NCBI RefSeq assembly: GCF_000025925.1
Contig: NC_014033.1
Coordinates: forward strand, 1,080,001-1,112,000
DNA from: Xylanibacter ruminicola 23
GTDB taxonomy: Bacteria; Bacteroidota; Bacteroidia; Bacteroidales; Bacteroidaceae
Length of the DNA stretch: 32,000 bases
Direction of reading: 5' to 3'
The notes under the pieces were generated by a model, which was given only the letters and a program-made list of their open reading frames with translations, ran no database searches and was not told the origin of the DNA. A program made the position numbers and the translations under genes. Positions 23,974 through 32,000 of this stretch are shown one piece after another (the stretch's first letter is position 1; each line of letters opens with the position of its first letter).

Positions 23974-24381
23974 CTAAAAATATATTATGGTGTCACCTTC
24001 CCAGCGGTAGTCGATAGTGACACAGACGTTGATACTAAATGATATTAAATCCACTCCGAATTCTCGGTATGCACTACGTATGTTTGTAACTGTGGGATTA
24101 TACAGTTCATCCGATGTGGATTCTGGGCTTTTCTTCAAATAGCCCTGGAATTTCTCACGGAAACGATGGATACTATCAACATTGGTAGTAATCAGGCCCT
24201 GGCTCTCCTGAAAGTACTGGGGCATGAGGTTGAGCTGTTCATCTTTGTTGCAGCTAACAAAACTGAACAGTAAAGCTCCAAAGATTAATGCAACCAATGG
24301 GCGACCACATGTTGCGTTAATCTTAAGCCAAAAGCTTAAAAAGCTATTAGGAAAATCTTTCCCGTAAAACCTATTTCCCAT
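23974..24381 (-). CDS. Putative lipoprotein (135 aa)
   Basis: Signal peptide with lipobox LLFSFVSC. Start set to MGNRFYG (24381). -7 box TATTTTTG (rc of 24414-24421). The upstream part of the longer ORF is occupied by a terminator hairpin. Confidence 0.6.
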   Translation of the reverse strand: MGNRFYGKDFPNSFLSFWLKINATCGRPLVALIFGALLFSFVSCNKDEQLNLMPQYFQESQGLITTNVDSIHRFREKFQGYLKKSPESTSDELYNPTVTNIRSAYREFGVDLISFSINVCVTIDYRWEGDTIIYF

Positions 24382-24505
24382 ATCTACCTGTTTATGATCT
24401 TTGTTTTCGGCAACAAAAATAAAGCAAATATTTGAAAGCACCAAAGGAATTTTGTTTTTTCCGGAAATAAAATGAAAAACCACTATGTCTATAAAGAAAA
24501 TAAAT

Positions 24506-24542
24506 CCTGCTATCAATAAGTGTAAACGTTAATGATAGCAGG
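24506..24542 (-). terminator. Terminator after the second WYL-like gene
   Basis: 10-bp stem CCTGCTATCA/TGATAGCAGG with a 17-nt loop. A T-rich tract follows on the minus strand. Confidence 0.6.
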
Positions 24543-24560
24543 ACAGGATACTAGATTTTT

Positions 24561-25292
24561 TTAACCAATGCGTAAGTGTTTAGTGTAGAAATCCTGCAGG
24601 GGGAAGTCTTTGTTAGGAATGAATTCTATGTCGTATGAAGTGGTGATGTGTATTATTCTGTCAATTGGAATCTTGGCTGCGCGCTTGTTCGTAGAGTCGT
24701 GACAAAGGAGATAATATTTCGGGCAGTCGAACATGATATAGTACGGATGTACAACAATAACTTCTTCAGCTTTTTTGTTTGATTTACAAGTAATGAGAGC
24801 TGGCGATTTTGAACGGATATGCTGGTAAATAGACTTGAATATTTTACAAGCAGATTTAGAAGGAGTTTTCTTATAAAGCACAATAGGTTCACTTTCGACA
24901 TCAACTTCAAGCATGTCAGAAAGCCTACGAGAAAGTGATTCGTAAACTAATGTACCTTGTATAGGGTCACAAAAAAGGATAGACATCAGAGCCGAATGAA
25001 GATGTTCTATCTCATCAAAAGTGAACGTATTTTTGAATATTGAATTACCGATTTGCTCATAACGATAATAGTTCTCATGACTGTGACGTTCTACGCGGAT
25101 TTTCCTTCGATACACATACCGGATTGTATCGATATCGTTTCTAATGGTGTTTGTAGAAACCGGCGGAAATCCGTTAGCTTCAAGTCCGTCATTTACTGCT
25201 TCCAACATCTCTTTTACTGAGCTTCCATGTTGTCTGTTTAATAGGCGGTCGATGATAATTTCTCGAGCCGCAGCATGTTTTGTATTTGCCAT
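24561..25292 (-). CDS. Short WYL-domain transcriptional regulator (243 aa), paralog of 10237-11730
   Basis: Same MANTK... wHTH N-terminus. WYL-like core EEVIVVHPYYIMFDCPKYYLLCHDSTNKRAAKIPIDRI. -7 box TAATTTTG (rc of 25332-25339). Confidence 0.7.
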   Translation of the reverse strand: MANTKHAAAREIIIDRLLNRQHGSSVKEMLEAVNDGLEANGFPPVSTNTIRNDIDTIRYVYRRKIRVERHSHENYYRYEQIGNSIFKNTFTFDEIEHLHSALMSILFCDPIQGTLVYESLSRRLSDMLEVDVESEPIVLYKKTPSKSACKIFKSIYQHIRSKSPALITCKSNKKAEEVIVVHPYYIMFDCPKYYLLCHDSTNKRAAKIPIDRIIHITTSYDIEFIPNKDFPLQDFYTKHLRIG

Positions 25293-25449
25293 TTTTGCTA
25301 TAATTAAATCTAATGTTCCGTAAACGAGATGCAAAATTATAAAATAAATATTCAATAATAACAGATACCATCTGAAAACAGAATGACATCGTGCACTTTT
25401 TCCGAAATATGAACTAAACTGTTACAAATTGACTGGAAAAGATGGCAAT

Positions 25450-27198
25450 TTACATAATACCACCCAATGAAATAGGATATGTTTCATGCTGGGGAAACTT
25501 CTCACAACCGATGTAGAGGGTATCAAAAGCATCGGTGCCGTCGGTTCGATGCTCGAGCAGGTCCTCTTCAGACTCGGGCTGCTTCTCCATAGACTTGTTC
25601 TTGCGGAAGCCCAACCTGCCCCGCTCTACCCCAGCCGACTGGATTGCCAGTATGAGATCGTCGTTGTTCTGACGATTGAAGAACGGCATGAGGCGCTGCT
25701 TACCAGCGAAGCCCTGATTGATGAGCAGGTACTTCTCATCGTGGCGCATAGGGTTGCCCAGGTACACATCCTGTACCTGCCACCCGTGGCGCTCAAATTC
25801 ATGGACGACGACGTAGCGGAAGTCCTGGTCATTCACGGCATAGTTCGAGCCGAGGGCCGTGGCGTCGTAGTAGAAGATAACCGTCTTGTTCTGATGATAA
25901 GCGTAGTACGCGCAGAAATCATCGACCAAGGCGGGAATCTTACGCTCGAACTTGACGTAGAAGGATTTGAGAATATTCAGGCGGGAGCCAGATGGCTGGC
26001 CGGCTACAATCCAGTTGATATTGGCATTGTAGTCCATGCCGATGCAAATCGGGGCCAGGGGATTCACATCCTCGTCGGTGCGGCTGTCAAGCTGAGAGCC
26101 GAGGGTGCTGAACTGCGAAGCTGCTTTGATGTCGTAGTTCTGAAGGCTCGTCTCCTTCAGAATCTTGTCGTAACCGAGCTCGTCGAGGTACGCAAAGTTC
26201 GAGGCATCATACTTGTGGTGCTCCTGCATCGAGGAGTAAAAACCGTCGTGTGTGATGCCGATACGCTGGCAAAGGATACTGGTCTGAAACGTCTTGGGTG
26301 TCAAGTCACGTTTCATCTGACGCAGATACTCTTCGCCCAGGAGCTGCAGATTCTCAATGGTGCTGTACTCTTTGTAGTACACCGCCACTGAGCGGAACTT
26401 GTTGAGCGACTGGTCCAACCATTTCAAGTAGCCTTTCAGGTACTGAGGAATGGGCTGGTGCTGCTCTTTCAGACGGGCGATACGTTCCTTTGTCTCCCAA
26501 ATCTTATAGATGGTGCCCTGAATGGTGGCAATCAGTTCTGGGTCCATCTTCTCTCGATAATGCAAGAACCAGGAGCCTTTCTGGGTCTGGGGCATATCGG
26601 ATAGAACCATCATTGAGTGATTGAACGAATGATGGCCGAAATATGAGCGAATACCGCCGTTAGCGGGAAGTGTCTCATCTTTCAGTTTGTTGTAATCAAT
26701 GAACTTGGCTTCGTCTATTAGCAGCCAAGAGAGTGTCAGAGAGTTAGAAGATCCAGGACGGTCCTGAGAGATGATAACTGCTATGGATCCGTTGTAGAAC
26801 GTGATGACGTGTTCATAGTCAGCAGGTTCGGTAATTGGCTTGGCAAATGACCTCGGAGGCTTGCGACCAACGACGTAGTGGATACCGTTGAGATAGCCCC
26901 AGCGCTTCCATGCTGCAAGCAGACCAGGAATGGTGTTTGTCAGGCCGTGTTTGAATGTTGGAACCACAATTCCCCCAGTGGAACCGGGCATTCTCTGCAT
27001 ATTCCTTAAGACGAATGGCGAGGCTATGGAGTCTGTTTTACCGGTACGGCGACCAGCGACAATGACGGTTGTCTTGGCACCGATGTACTGTGCCATTAGC
27101 TGGGGCTTGTTGAAGTACACGCGCTTTTCGTGCTTACGGGCTTCATTGTCCCATTGCTTCAGGAGTTCAGGGTTTGTATGAGGGGATTGTGTGGACAT
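25450..27198 (-). CDS. terL: Terminase large subunit
   Basis: Walker A VIVAGRRTGKTDS. Walker B WLLIDEAKF. C-terminal nuclease-type acidic motifs (IGMDYNANINW). 582 aa. Confidence 0.85.
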   Translation of the reverse strand: MSTQSPHTNPELLKQWDNEARKHEKRVYFNKPQLMAQYIGAKTTVIVAGRRTGKTDSIASPFVLRNMQRMPGSTGGIVVPTFKHGLTNTIPGLLAAWKRWGYLNGIHYVVGRKPPRSFAKPITEPADYEHVITFYNGSIAVIISQDRPGSSNSLTLSWLLIDEAKFIDYNKLKDETLPANGGIRSYFGHHSFNHSMMVLSDMPQTQKGSWFLHYREKMDPELIATIQGTIYKIWETKERIARLKEQHQPIPQYLKGYLKWLDQSLNKFRSVAVYYKEYSTIENLQLLGEEYLRQMKRDLTPKTFQTSILCQRIGITHDGFYSSMQEHHKYDASNFAYLDELGYDKILKETSLQNYDIKAASQFSTLGSQLDSRTDEDVNPLAPICIGMDYNANINWIVAGQPSGSRLNILKSFYVKFERKIPALVDDFCAYYAYHQNKTVIFYYDATALGSNYAVNDQDFRYVVVHEFERHGWQVQDVYLGNPMRHDEKYLLINQGFAGKQRLMPFFNRQNNDDLILAIQSAGVERGRLGFRKNKSMEKQPESEEDLLEHRTDGTDAFDTLYIGCEKFPQHETYPISLGGIM

Positions 27199-27233
27199 AA
27201 TAATACCTTTGCTTTTAGGGCAAAGGTATTATT
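27199..27233. promoter_or_regulatory. Perfect 14-bp-arm palindrome carrying the terL -7 box
   Basis: aataatacctttgc-ttttagg-gcaaaggtattatt. It contains TACCTTTG on both strands and sits immediately upstream of the terL ATG. It may double as the terminator of the upstream gene. Confidence 0.6.
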
Positions 27234-27329
27234 TACTGACAAGACGAAGAAAGACATGGAATATTGTTCAAATCGATACTTAGTAACAACCGCCAATTAT
27301 CAACATCGTCACTCTTTTATTATGCCTTG

Positions 27330-27770
27330 TTAAATCTTTATTTTGTTAGGAGGATATGCTACGTTGTTCTTGAATAGGAGCTCCTGTAGCACATTGATAT
27401 AATCATTCTGCTTTTCAACAATACTCTTGAATTTAGATAGTTTATCCTCTGAAAGCAGTGAAGAAACCATACGTGATTCAAGAATCGTTGATTGGCTCTT
27501 GGACTGTTTACAATGCTTGAGTTCCTGCTCTAACTGAGTGATTCTTACTCGTGCCTCTTTCAGCTTTCTTTTGGCTTCTGATGCATTTTCTTGAACTTTC
27601 TTGGCTTCAATGTAAAACCTCGCCCATTTATCTTGGTCTTTTCTATAAGCCTTGAGAATGTACTTCATCCTTACCTCGAAAGGAATCTCGTCATCATCCA
27701 GTATATATTTGCGACCGATAAACTCGTAGTCGCTCTCTTCTTCGTCTATTCGAGAATTTAATTCTTTCAT
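27330..27770 (-). CDS. Coiled-coil hypothetical protein (146 aa), inserted cargo gene
   Basis: Heptad-rich EAKKVQENASEAKRKLKEARVRITQLEQELKH. Own -7 box TACCTTTG (rc of 27815-27822). Bracketed by the terL 5' duplication. Confidence 0.65.
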   Translation of the reverse strand: MKELNSRIDEEESDYEFIGRKYILDDDEIPFEVRMKYILKAYRKDQDKWARFYIEAKKVQENASEAKRKLKEARVRITQLEQELKHCKQSKSQSTILESRMVSSLLSEDKLSKFKSIVEKQNDYINVLQELLFKNNVAYPPNKIKI

Positions 27771-27880
27771 TGATAAATAACTTGTTAGAACCTTGGTTTA
27801 TATTAAACGAGTGCAAAGGTATATAAATCCATTTAATTATCCAAAGGTTTATATGGAAAATGCAGGAAAAAGGGGAAGAG

Positions 27881-28001
27881 CGCCGATGTATTGAGCAATC
27901 AGCTTGGGAGTGTTGAAGTGCACGCGCTTTTCGTGCTGGTGTGCTTCGGAGTCCCATTGCTTCAGGAGATCTGGGCTTGTATTAGGGGATTGTGTGGACA
28001 T
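27881..28001 (-). pseudogene. Diverged duplicate of the terL 5' end (first about 41 codons)
   Basis: Hand translation MSTQSPNTSPDLLKQWDSEAHQHEKRVHFNTPKLIAQYIGA against intact MSTQSPHTNPELLKQWDNEARKHEKRVYFNKPQLMAQYIGA gives 31 of 41 identical. Homology continues upstream through the hairpin and promoter to about 28035, then the frame runs into unrelated sequence and stops. Confidence 0.8.
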
Positions 28002-28064
28002 AATAATACCTCGCTTTTGAGGCAAAGGTAAGTATTACTTATCGGTAGTAGAAAGACACTTACG

Positions 28065-28220
28065 CTATATTATTGGTGGCGGAAGTGGTCCGCGCCAATT
28101 GTGATTCTGAAACCACCAGTTCTTTTTCTTGCGCTTTCGTGGCTTCTTTTCCTCAGGCTCGGCTCTAATTATTGCAAGCACTATACCTATAAAGAATACT
28201 ATTCCAAATATGTATATCAT
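28065..28220 (-). CDS. Small membrane protein (51 aa) with a basic tail
   Basis: Hand-translated MIYIFGIVFFIGIVLAIIRAEPEEKKPRKRKKKNWWFQNHNWRGPLPPPII. -7 box TATATTTG (rc of 28244-28251) 24 nt upstream. Confidence 0.5.
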   Translation of the reverse strand: MIYIFGIVFFIGIVLAIIRAEPEEKKPRKRKKKNWWFQNHNWRGPLPPPII

Positions 28221-28293
28221 ATTTTATATTTTTCTTTTTTTGGCAAATATAGGGAATTATTTTGAGAAATGCAAGTGGGAAAGGAAATTTTTG

Positions 28294-28905
28294 TTATTCT
28301 TGGGGCTTTTCGTCGAAAATCTCCTCGAAATTCATGTCGGCTTCCTCGTACTCGATATTGAGCGTATCAGGATTAGAAGCGCCCAGTTCCTTGGTAAGCT
28401 TCTTGATACGCTCGTCGATATTTGGTACGGGATTAATACCAACGACACGCGGATCGGTGGTAGGAAAGAAGGGCTGCACTACTATCATATGATAAGGTAC
28501 TGCAGACTCGTCTTCGACATCGATGCGGTTGTACTTAGCATACGAGGTGGCCGCTTTTTCCATCGTTTTCGTATCCTTGCGCTTCTTGGCCATCTGGTAT
28601 GTCTCGAGAATCATCTCGTTATAGCGCCAACGGTGGAAGTCGCGGGTGGCCTCACTTAAGTTAGGCAGCAGCGACTTCACGATTTTCAAGTCAGCGTAGG
28701 CAGTGACTTTGCTCAGGCCGTAACGTTGCATAATCTCATCAACGAACTGGCGATCCTTGGCATCAGGGTTAGCGATGCACCAAGTGACCATATCGCGTAG
28801 GCGAAGGATATGGTCGACTTGGGGGATGGCGTACTTTTCCTCTAACTCAGATTTCTGAGTGTAGAGGTCCGTACGGGCGATATCGACGATACTTGGTAAT
28901 GGCAT
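28294..28905 (-). CDS. Putative terminase small subunit
   Basis: 203 aa. Assigned from its position upstream of terL and its acidic C-terminus. No diagnostic motif, so the call rests on position. Confidence 0.4.
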   Translation of the reverse strand: MPLPSIVDIARTDLYTQKSELEEKYAIPQVDHILRLRDMVTWCIANPDAKDRQFVDEIMQRYGLSKVTAYADLKIVKSLLPNLSEATRDFHRWRYNEMILETYQMAKKRKDTKTMEKAATSYAKYNRIDVEDESAVPYHMIVVQPFFPTTDPRVVGINPVPNIDERIKKLTKELGASNPDTLNIEYEEADMNFEEIFDEKPQE

Positions 28906-28931
28906 AAAGAAGATACGGATTACAATGTTAT

Positions 28932-29216
28932 TTACTCGTCATCCTCCATATCCATGAGGTTTTTCTGAGCGTTTTCCAACGCGAGGGGGCTGCCGACATA
29001 GGCTAACTGCATTTCTTGGTGCAATAGTTTTACCTTTGATGCAGCCTTTCCTTTATGGTAGCGTTTGCTTACTTCAGTAGAACGATCGGCAATATCCTCG
29101 CGGAGCTGCTCGGCGGGGATATCGAATAGTACGGCTATATCTGAGATTTTCAGATAGATAGAGGCGTACTGCTCTACTTGATTGAGCTGTTCGGGGGTGT
29201 ATTCTATTGTAGTCAT
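28932..29216 (-). CDS. Small hypothetical protein (94 aa), possibly HTH-like
   Basis: ORF in the packaging operon. ISDIAVLFDIPAEQLREDI resembles a short HTH. Confidence 0.5.
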   Translation of the reverse strand: MTTIEYTPEQLNQVEQYASIYLKISDIAVLFDIPAEQLREDIADRSTEVSKRYHKGKAASKVKLLHQEMQLAYVGSPLALENAQKNLMDMEDDE

Positions 29217-29221
29217 CGTGA

Positions 29222-29743
29222 TTATTCTGCTTGGATACGCTGAGAGAAAAGGTCAGTTAGCGGAACGCTGTGATTATTGATTAAATCAGTAACCTCTGCG
29301 TGGAGCGTGGCGAAAATGGCTTTGTCCGTAGAGATAAAAGCTGACTCGTGGCGATTTCCACGTGTCAGATTCTGTGAGGTAATGACTGAGACTGTCTGAC
29401 CGGACTCAGCCTGTACCAACAGGATCTTCGAGTGATTGTCAGTAAGATAAGTACGCTGGATGACCTGTGTCATGAATGACCAGAGCTTCAGTGTCTTATT
29501 CGTGGCCTTGTGGTCGAGAACCAGATTAAACTCGGTGACTCTCCCACTCTTTTCTATGAAAAACAGGCGGCGTAGGAATTCCTCGGAGATGGAGAATGAA
29601 GTTTGCCACACCTTGGCATTTCCTACCTGCTCCAGTATCCATTCAAGGAGGTCAGCCACCTGAACGGCATTGGAGAGGTAGGCTTGTGAAGGACACTCGG
29701 CGAGCGGCTTCACAACGTCAGCCATAGATGCGGTACGCTTCAT
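29222..29743 (-). CDS. Hypothetical protein (173 aa)
   Basis: ORF overlaps the upstream gene by 4 nt. Confidence 0.55.
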   Translation of the reverse strand: MKRTASMADVVKPLAECPSQAYLSNAVQVADLLEWILEQVGNAKVWQTSFSISEEFLRRLFFIEKSGRVTEFNLVLDHKATNKTLKLWSFMTQVIQRTYLTDNHSKILLVQAESGQTVSVITSQNLTRGNRHESAFISTDKAIFATLHAEVTDLINNHSVPLTDLFSQRIQAE

Positions 29744-30468
29744 TCTTTCTTAGCGGTCTTCTTTGTGGTACGCTTTGCTGTGGTCTTTGCCTTTTTAGGC
29801 TTGGATTTTTCGGCTTCATCAGTAGGATTAACCACATCTGGCTCGGGATTAACCGAAGTAGATGAAGAAGAGCCGATGATGTAATGATCGTAGATATCCC
29901 AGTTCGAGACACGTTTCTTATCGAGAGTAATGATTTCCTTCAGGAAAGGATATCGCTCGCTATCTGGACAGGTAGTGTTATCTAGGCTCAGTGTGCGCAA
30001 CTTCAAATGCAGCTCACGCATACGATGAACGATATCCAGATTCTCTACATAGAGTGCCTGAACTTCCTCAGGAAGTGAGTCATGATCAGCGCGCTTACCC
30101 GCTTTGAAGTCTGCGTATTCCGCTGATTTGTTGGGTGATACAGAATTATTATCTACTAATTCTGAAGCAACTACTGATGGAATAGCCAAATCTGGCTTAA
30201 TTACAGATTTAGCGATTTCATCGACCTTTGCCTGCATGGCTTCCACCTCGTCATGGGTGAGCTTCTGCAGGCGGAAATTGAGGTATTTCTGCAGCTGACC
30301 CTTGATGAATTCGGCTTTTCCCTTGGGATTAACCGAAATGTTATGGTACATGATACGGTTGCCCGAAAGCTGAAGCAGCATGAGGGCTCCGGCATCCCAA
30401 TTCTTTTCACTGTCAGGTGTGTTCATCCAGGCCTGCAGGGTGTTCGTAAAAGTATTATCTTGTTTCAT
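29740..30468 (-). CDS. Hypothetical protein with a Lys-rich C-terminal tail (242 aa)
   Basis: C-terminus KSKPKKAKTTAKRTTKKTAKKE suggests nucleic-acid binding. Confidence 0.55.
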   Translation of the reverse strand: MKQDNTFTNTLQAWMNTPDSEKNWDAGALMLLQLSGNRIMYHNISVNPKGKAEFIKGQLQKYLNFRLQKLTHDEVEAMQAKVDEIAKSVIKPDLAIPSVVASELVDNNSVSPNKSAEYADFKAGKRADHDSLPEEVQALYVENLDIVHRMRELHLKLRTLSLDNTTCPDSERYPFLKEIITLDKKRVSNWDIYDHYIIGSSSSTSVNPEPDVVNPTDEAEKSKPKKAKTTAKRTTKKTAKKE

Positions 30469-30521
30469 ACATTTAATATGTTTTGTACGGATTAATGTGA
30501 ACTAAAATTCTATAATATACT

Positions 30522-31163
30522 TTAGAGTTTGTTGTTTATCCCGCTGAAAAACAGCAAGTTCTTGTTGTACGGCTCTAACGCTCGAAGCATTGCTTGAAGT
30601 GTCTGACCTGTGGTAACAAAGTCATCAAAGCAGATAATATTCTGTTCATCTGGAACTTGTTGAACATTGAAGATGGCCCCTACTCGCTGTTTTGTCCTAC
30701 AGGTACAAACATCCTCGTAAAACGGGATGTTCAAGAGGTGGGCAATCTGCTCGGAGATGCGAGTGGCAAAGTTCTTCACCAGGTGACGACGCTTCGGCGT
30801 GGTAATGATGCACCAGGAGCCGCGTGAGAGGTCCGGACCGATGATATCAGAAATAAATGATTTCATCGTGCCGGCAAAGAACGGAACCATCGAATCATCG
30901 GCTTTGATTTCGGTGAGAGTACGGCCATAGACGGACTTCTGCCAATACGAGAGGAAAAAGAGCCCGGAACGGCGTGTCAGGCGTGGGCGCGGTGTGAAGT
31001 CGCAACGCGCTTCCACCGTCTTATCCCATCCTTTGCGCTTCTGCTCTGCAAATATATCTTGCTCGCGCTTTGCCTGAATATCTTTTAGAGCAAGCTGCGC
31101 ACTCCCGATATCAGGGACTTCTATCTCTGATAGCAGTTCGCCCATATCTATTGGAGTGCGCAT
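30522..31163 (-). CDS. ComF-like / type I phosphoribosyltransferase-domain protein
   Basis: PRPP-binding loop IICFDDFVTTGQTLQAM (hydrophobic-DD-hydrophobic-TTG). Confidence 0.65.
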   Translation of the reverse strand: MRTPIDMGELLSEIEVPDIGSAQLALKDIQAKREQDIFAEQKRKGWDKTVEARCDFTPRPRLTRRSGLFFLSYWQKSVYGRTLTEIKADDSMVPFFAGTMKSFISDIIGPDLSRGSWCIITTPKRRHLVKNFATRISEQIAHLLNIPFYEDVCTCRTKQRVGAIFNVQQVPDEQNIICFDDFVTTGQTLQAMLRALEPYNKNLLFFSGINNKL

Positions 31164-31185
31164 CTTCTAGTGAAGTTTTAAAGGA

Positions 31186-32000
31186 TTAGTCGCCAATTGG
31201 CTCGCCGGCTTTAAGTATAGAGATTGTGAACCACAGCTCAATCGAATTTCCTGAAGCAGAGTCGCCTCTATAGACATCAATCGTATTTGGATAAGAGATA
31301 CTGCCGCTCCACAAAGCCTCTGAGCCTCCGTTAGATACTGGAATCTGGGCTTCTGACTCTTTGTTGTTATAAACGATAGACAAACCATTCATGTTTTTGC
31401 CGGTAATCTTGATTGATTTTATCGGGCCATAAGCGCTTTGATTGCCATGTTTACTTACGGTATATGGATAATTGTTTATATATACTGTGTTATCATACGA
31501 AGGCGTACCACCTGTGCTGGTATTGCCGCTAGACGAGCTACCAGTATTCTGATTCGGGTTGCCCTCAGGATTGATGGTACCCTCATCGGCTTCGATAGAG
31601 CCAGCATAGAAAGGCGCTGGGCACTCATCCGTAGCTTCCACATTAATAGTGGTGGAAGTACTGCCTGTAGCCCCCTGGCCAAGGTCCTGAGTGACAGTAG
31701 TCTTGGTAGGCCACTTGTCAGAGCCTACGACACGGAAGGCACCACGCATATCCTCGACAAGGAACACGTTGTCATTGTTATTGAGGTATGCTGCAGCTGC
31801 TGTAGCTTCGGCTTCGACACCAGGGTGAACGGCTACCAGCTTGTTCAACTGTGTCTGCGATGGGTACTCGCCCTGAGCCTCAGATGTCAGCTGTGACTTG
31901 TCGGAGATGATATCGATGAACTTCCACTTCACATCAGAGCGCAGAATGAAGTCGCCTGAGTAGGAAGCAGATGTCAGACGGCCGTTGGCATCATGCTGGA
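31186..32000 (-). CDS. Hypothetical (possibly structural) protein, 5' end outside the window
   Basis: The frame stays open from 31932 to the window edge (QHDANGRLTSASYSGDFILRSDVKWKF...). Contains a Ser/Gly/Thr/Asn-rich linker. Confidence 0.6.
   Translation of the reverse strand, partial: QHDANGRLTSASYSGDFILRSDVKWKFIDIISDKSQLTSEAQGEYPSQTQLNKLVAVHPGVEAEATAAAAYLNNNDNVFLVEDMRGAFRVVGSDKWPTKTTVTQDLGQGATGSTSTTINVEATDECPAPFYAGSIEADEGTINPEGNPNQNTGSSSSGNTSTGGTPSYDNTVYINNYPYTVSKHGNQSAYGPIKSIKITGKNMNGLSIVYNNKESEAQIPVSNGGSEALWSGSISYPNTIDVYRGDSASGNSIELWFTISILKAGEPIGD

Larger units (their letters stand above)
1..32000. mobile_element. Phage/prophage genome segment (packaging module, portal, large accessory cargo)
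   Basis: Large terminase, terS-like gene, portal-like gene, many short promoter-equipped cargo genes, near-uniform minus-strand orientation. No integrase or att site is visible in the window. Confidence 0.75.

Noticed and set aside
25486-26391. 301-aa plus-strand ORF
   Set aside because: It is entirely antisense to the well-supported terL gene. The sequence is low-complexity and rich in Leu/Val/Arg, typical of a shadow ORF. No promoter.
28129-28659. 176-aa plus-strand ORF
   Set aside because: Antisense to the terS-like gene and to the small membrane-protein gene and its promoter. No supporting signals.
1-32000. Integrase, attL/attR, rRNA genes, canonical CRISPR-Cas, transposases
   Set aside because: I found no tyrosine or serine recombinase motifs, no long terminal direct repeats bounding the AT-rich islands, and no rRNA-like or cas-like sequences. 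The absence is limited to what can be seen by eye in this window.

Overview
The window reads as a Bacteroidota-type (Prevotella/Bacteroides-like) phage or prophage segment, transcribed almost entirely on the minus strand. The host call is an inference from two things. TAnnTTTG -7 boxes sit upstream of most genes, which I used to refine several start codons. Shine-Dalgarno sequences are absent.

Recognisable phage core:
- Packaging block at 25.4-31.2 kb: large terminase 25450-27198, terS-like gene, and a ComF-like phosphoribosyltransferase.
- Putative portal at 1731-3065.

About 22 kb of cargo with mixed base composition lies between terL and the portal. It contains:
- umuDC (plus strand).
- A WYL regulator directly abutting a DUF2779 dual nuclease.
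- Multi-ASCH (PUA-like) proteins.
- A sigma-70/ECF-like protein fused to a macro-like (A1S_2505-type) domain.
- A vWA protein, a nucleoside 2-deoxyribosyltransferase-like protein and a very acidic DUF2795-like protein.
- An AT-rich four-gene restriction-modification operon: an M.HaeIII-like C5-methyltransferase flanked by two unrelated restriction-endonuclease candidates.
- A second WYL-led operon.

The most unusual content is non-coding. One roughly 38-bp promoter-operator cassette (TCTGTTC-N9-GAACAnA-N7-TAnnTTTG on the minus strand) occurs five times between 11.7 and 15.4 kb. Two of the copies drive no ORF. They drive two paralogous arrays of structured RNAs instead. These arrays hold tRNA-like elements with canonical T-loops and GG D-loops but no anticodon loop, one of which has an encoded CCA. 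They also hold two conserved hairpin families.

I propose this operator-linked set (tRNA-mimic RNAs, ASCH proteins, WYL, DUF2779 nuclease) as the candidate undescribed system. Its function is unknown.

Other points of note:
- A diverged duplication of the terL 5' end brackets an inserted gene.
- Face-to-face promoters lie at 22.4-22.6 kb.
- Several stretches remain unexplained (5.1-5.6 kb, 7.8-8.7 kb, 21.8-22.0 kb).

All family assignments come from motif recognition by eye. No searches were run.
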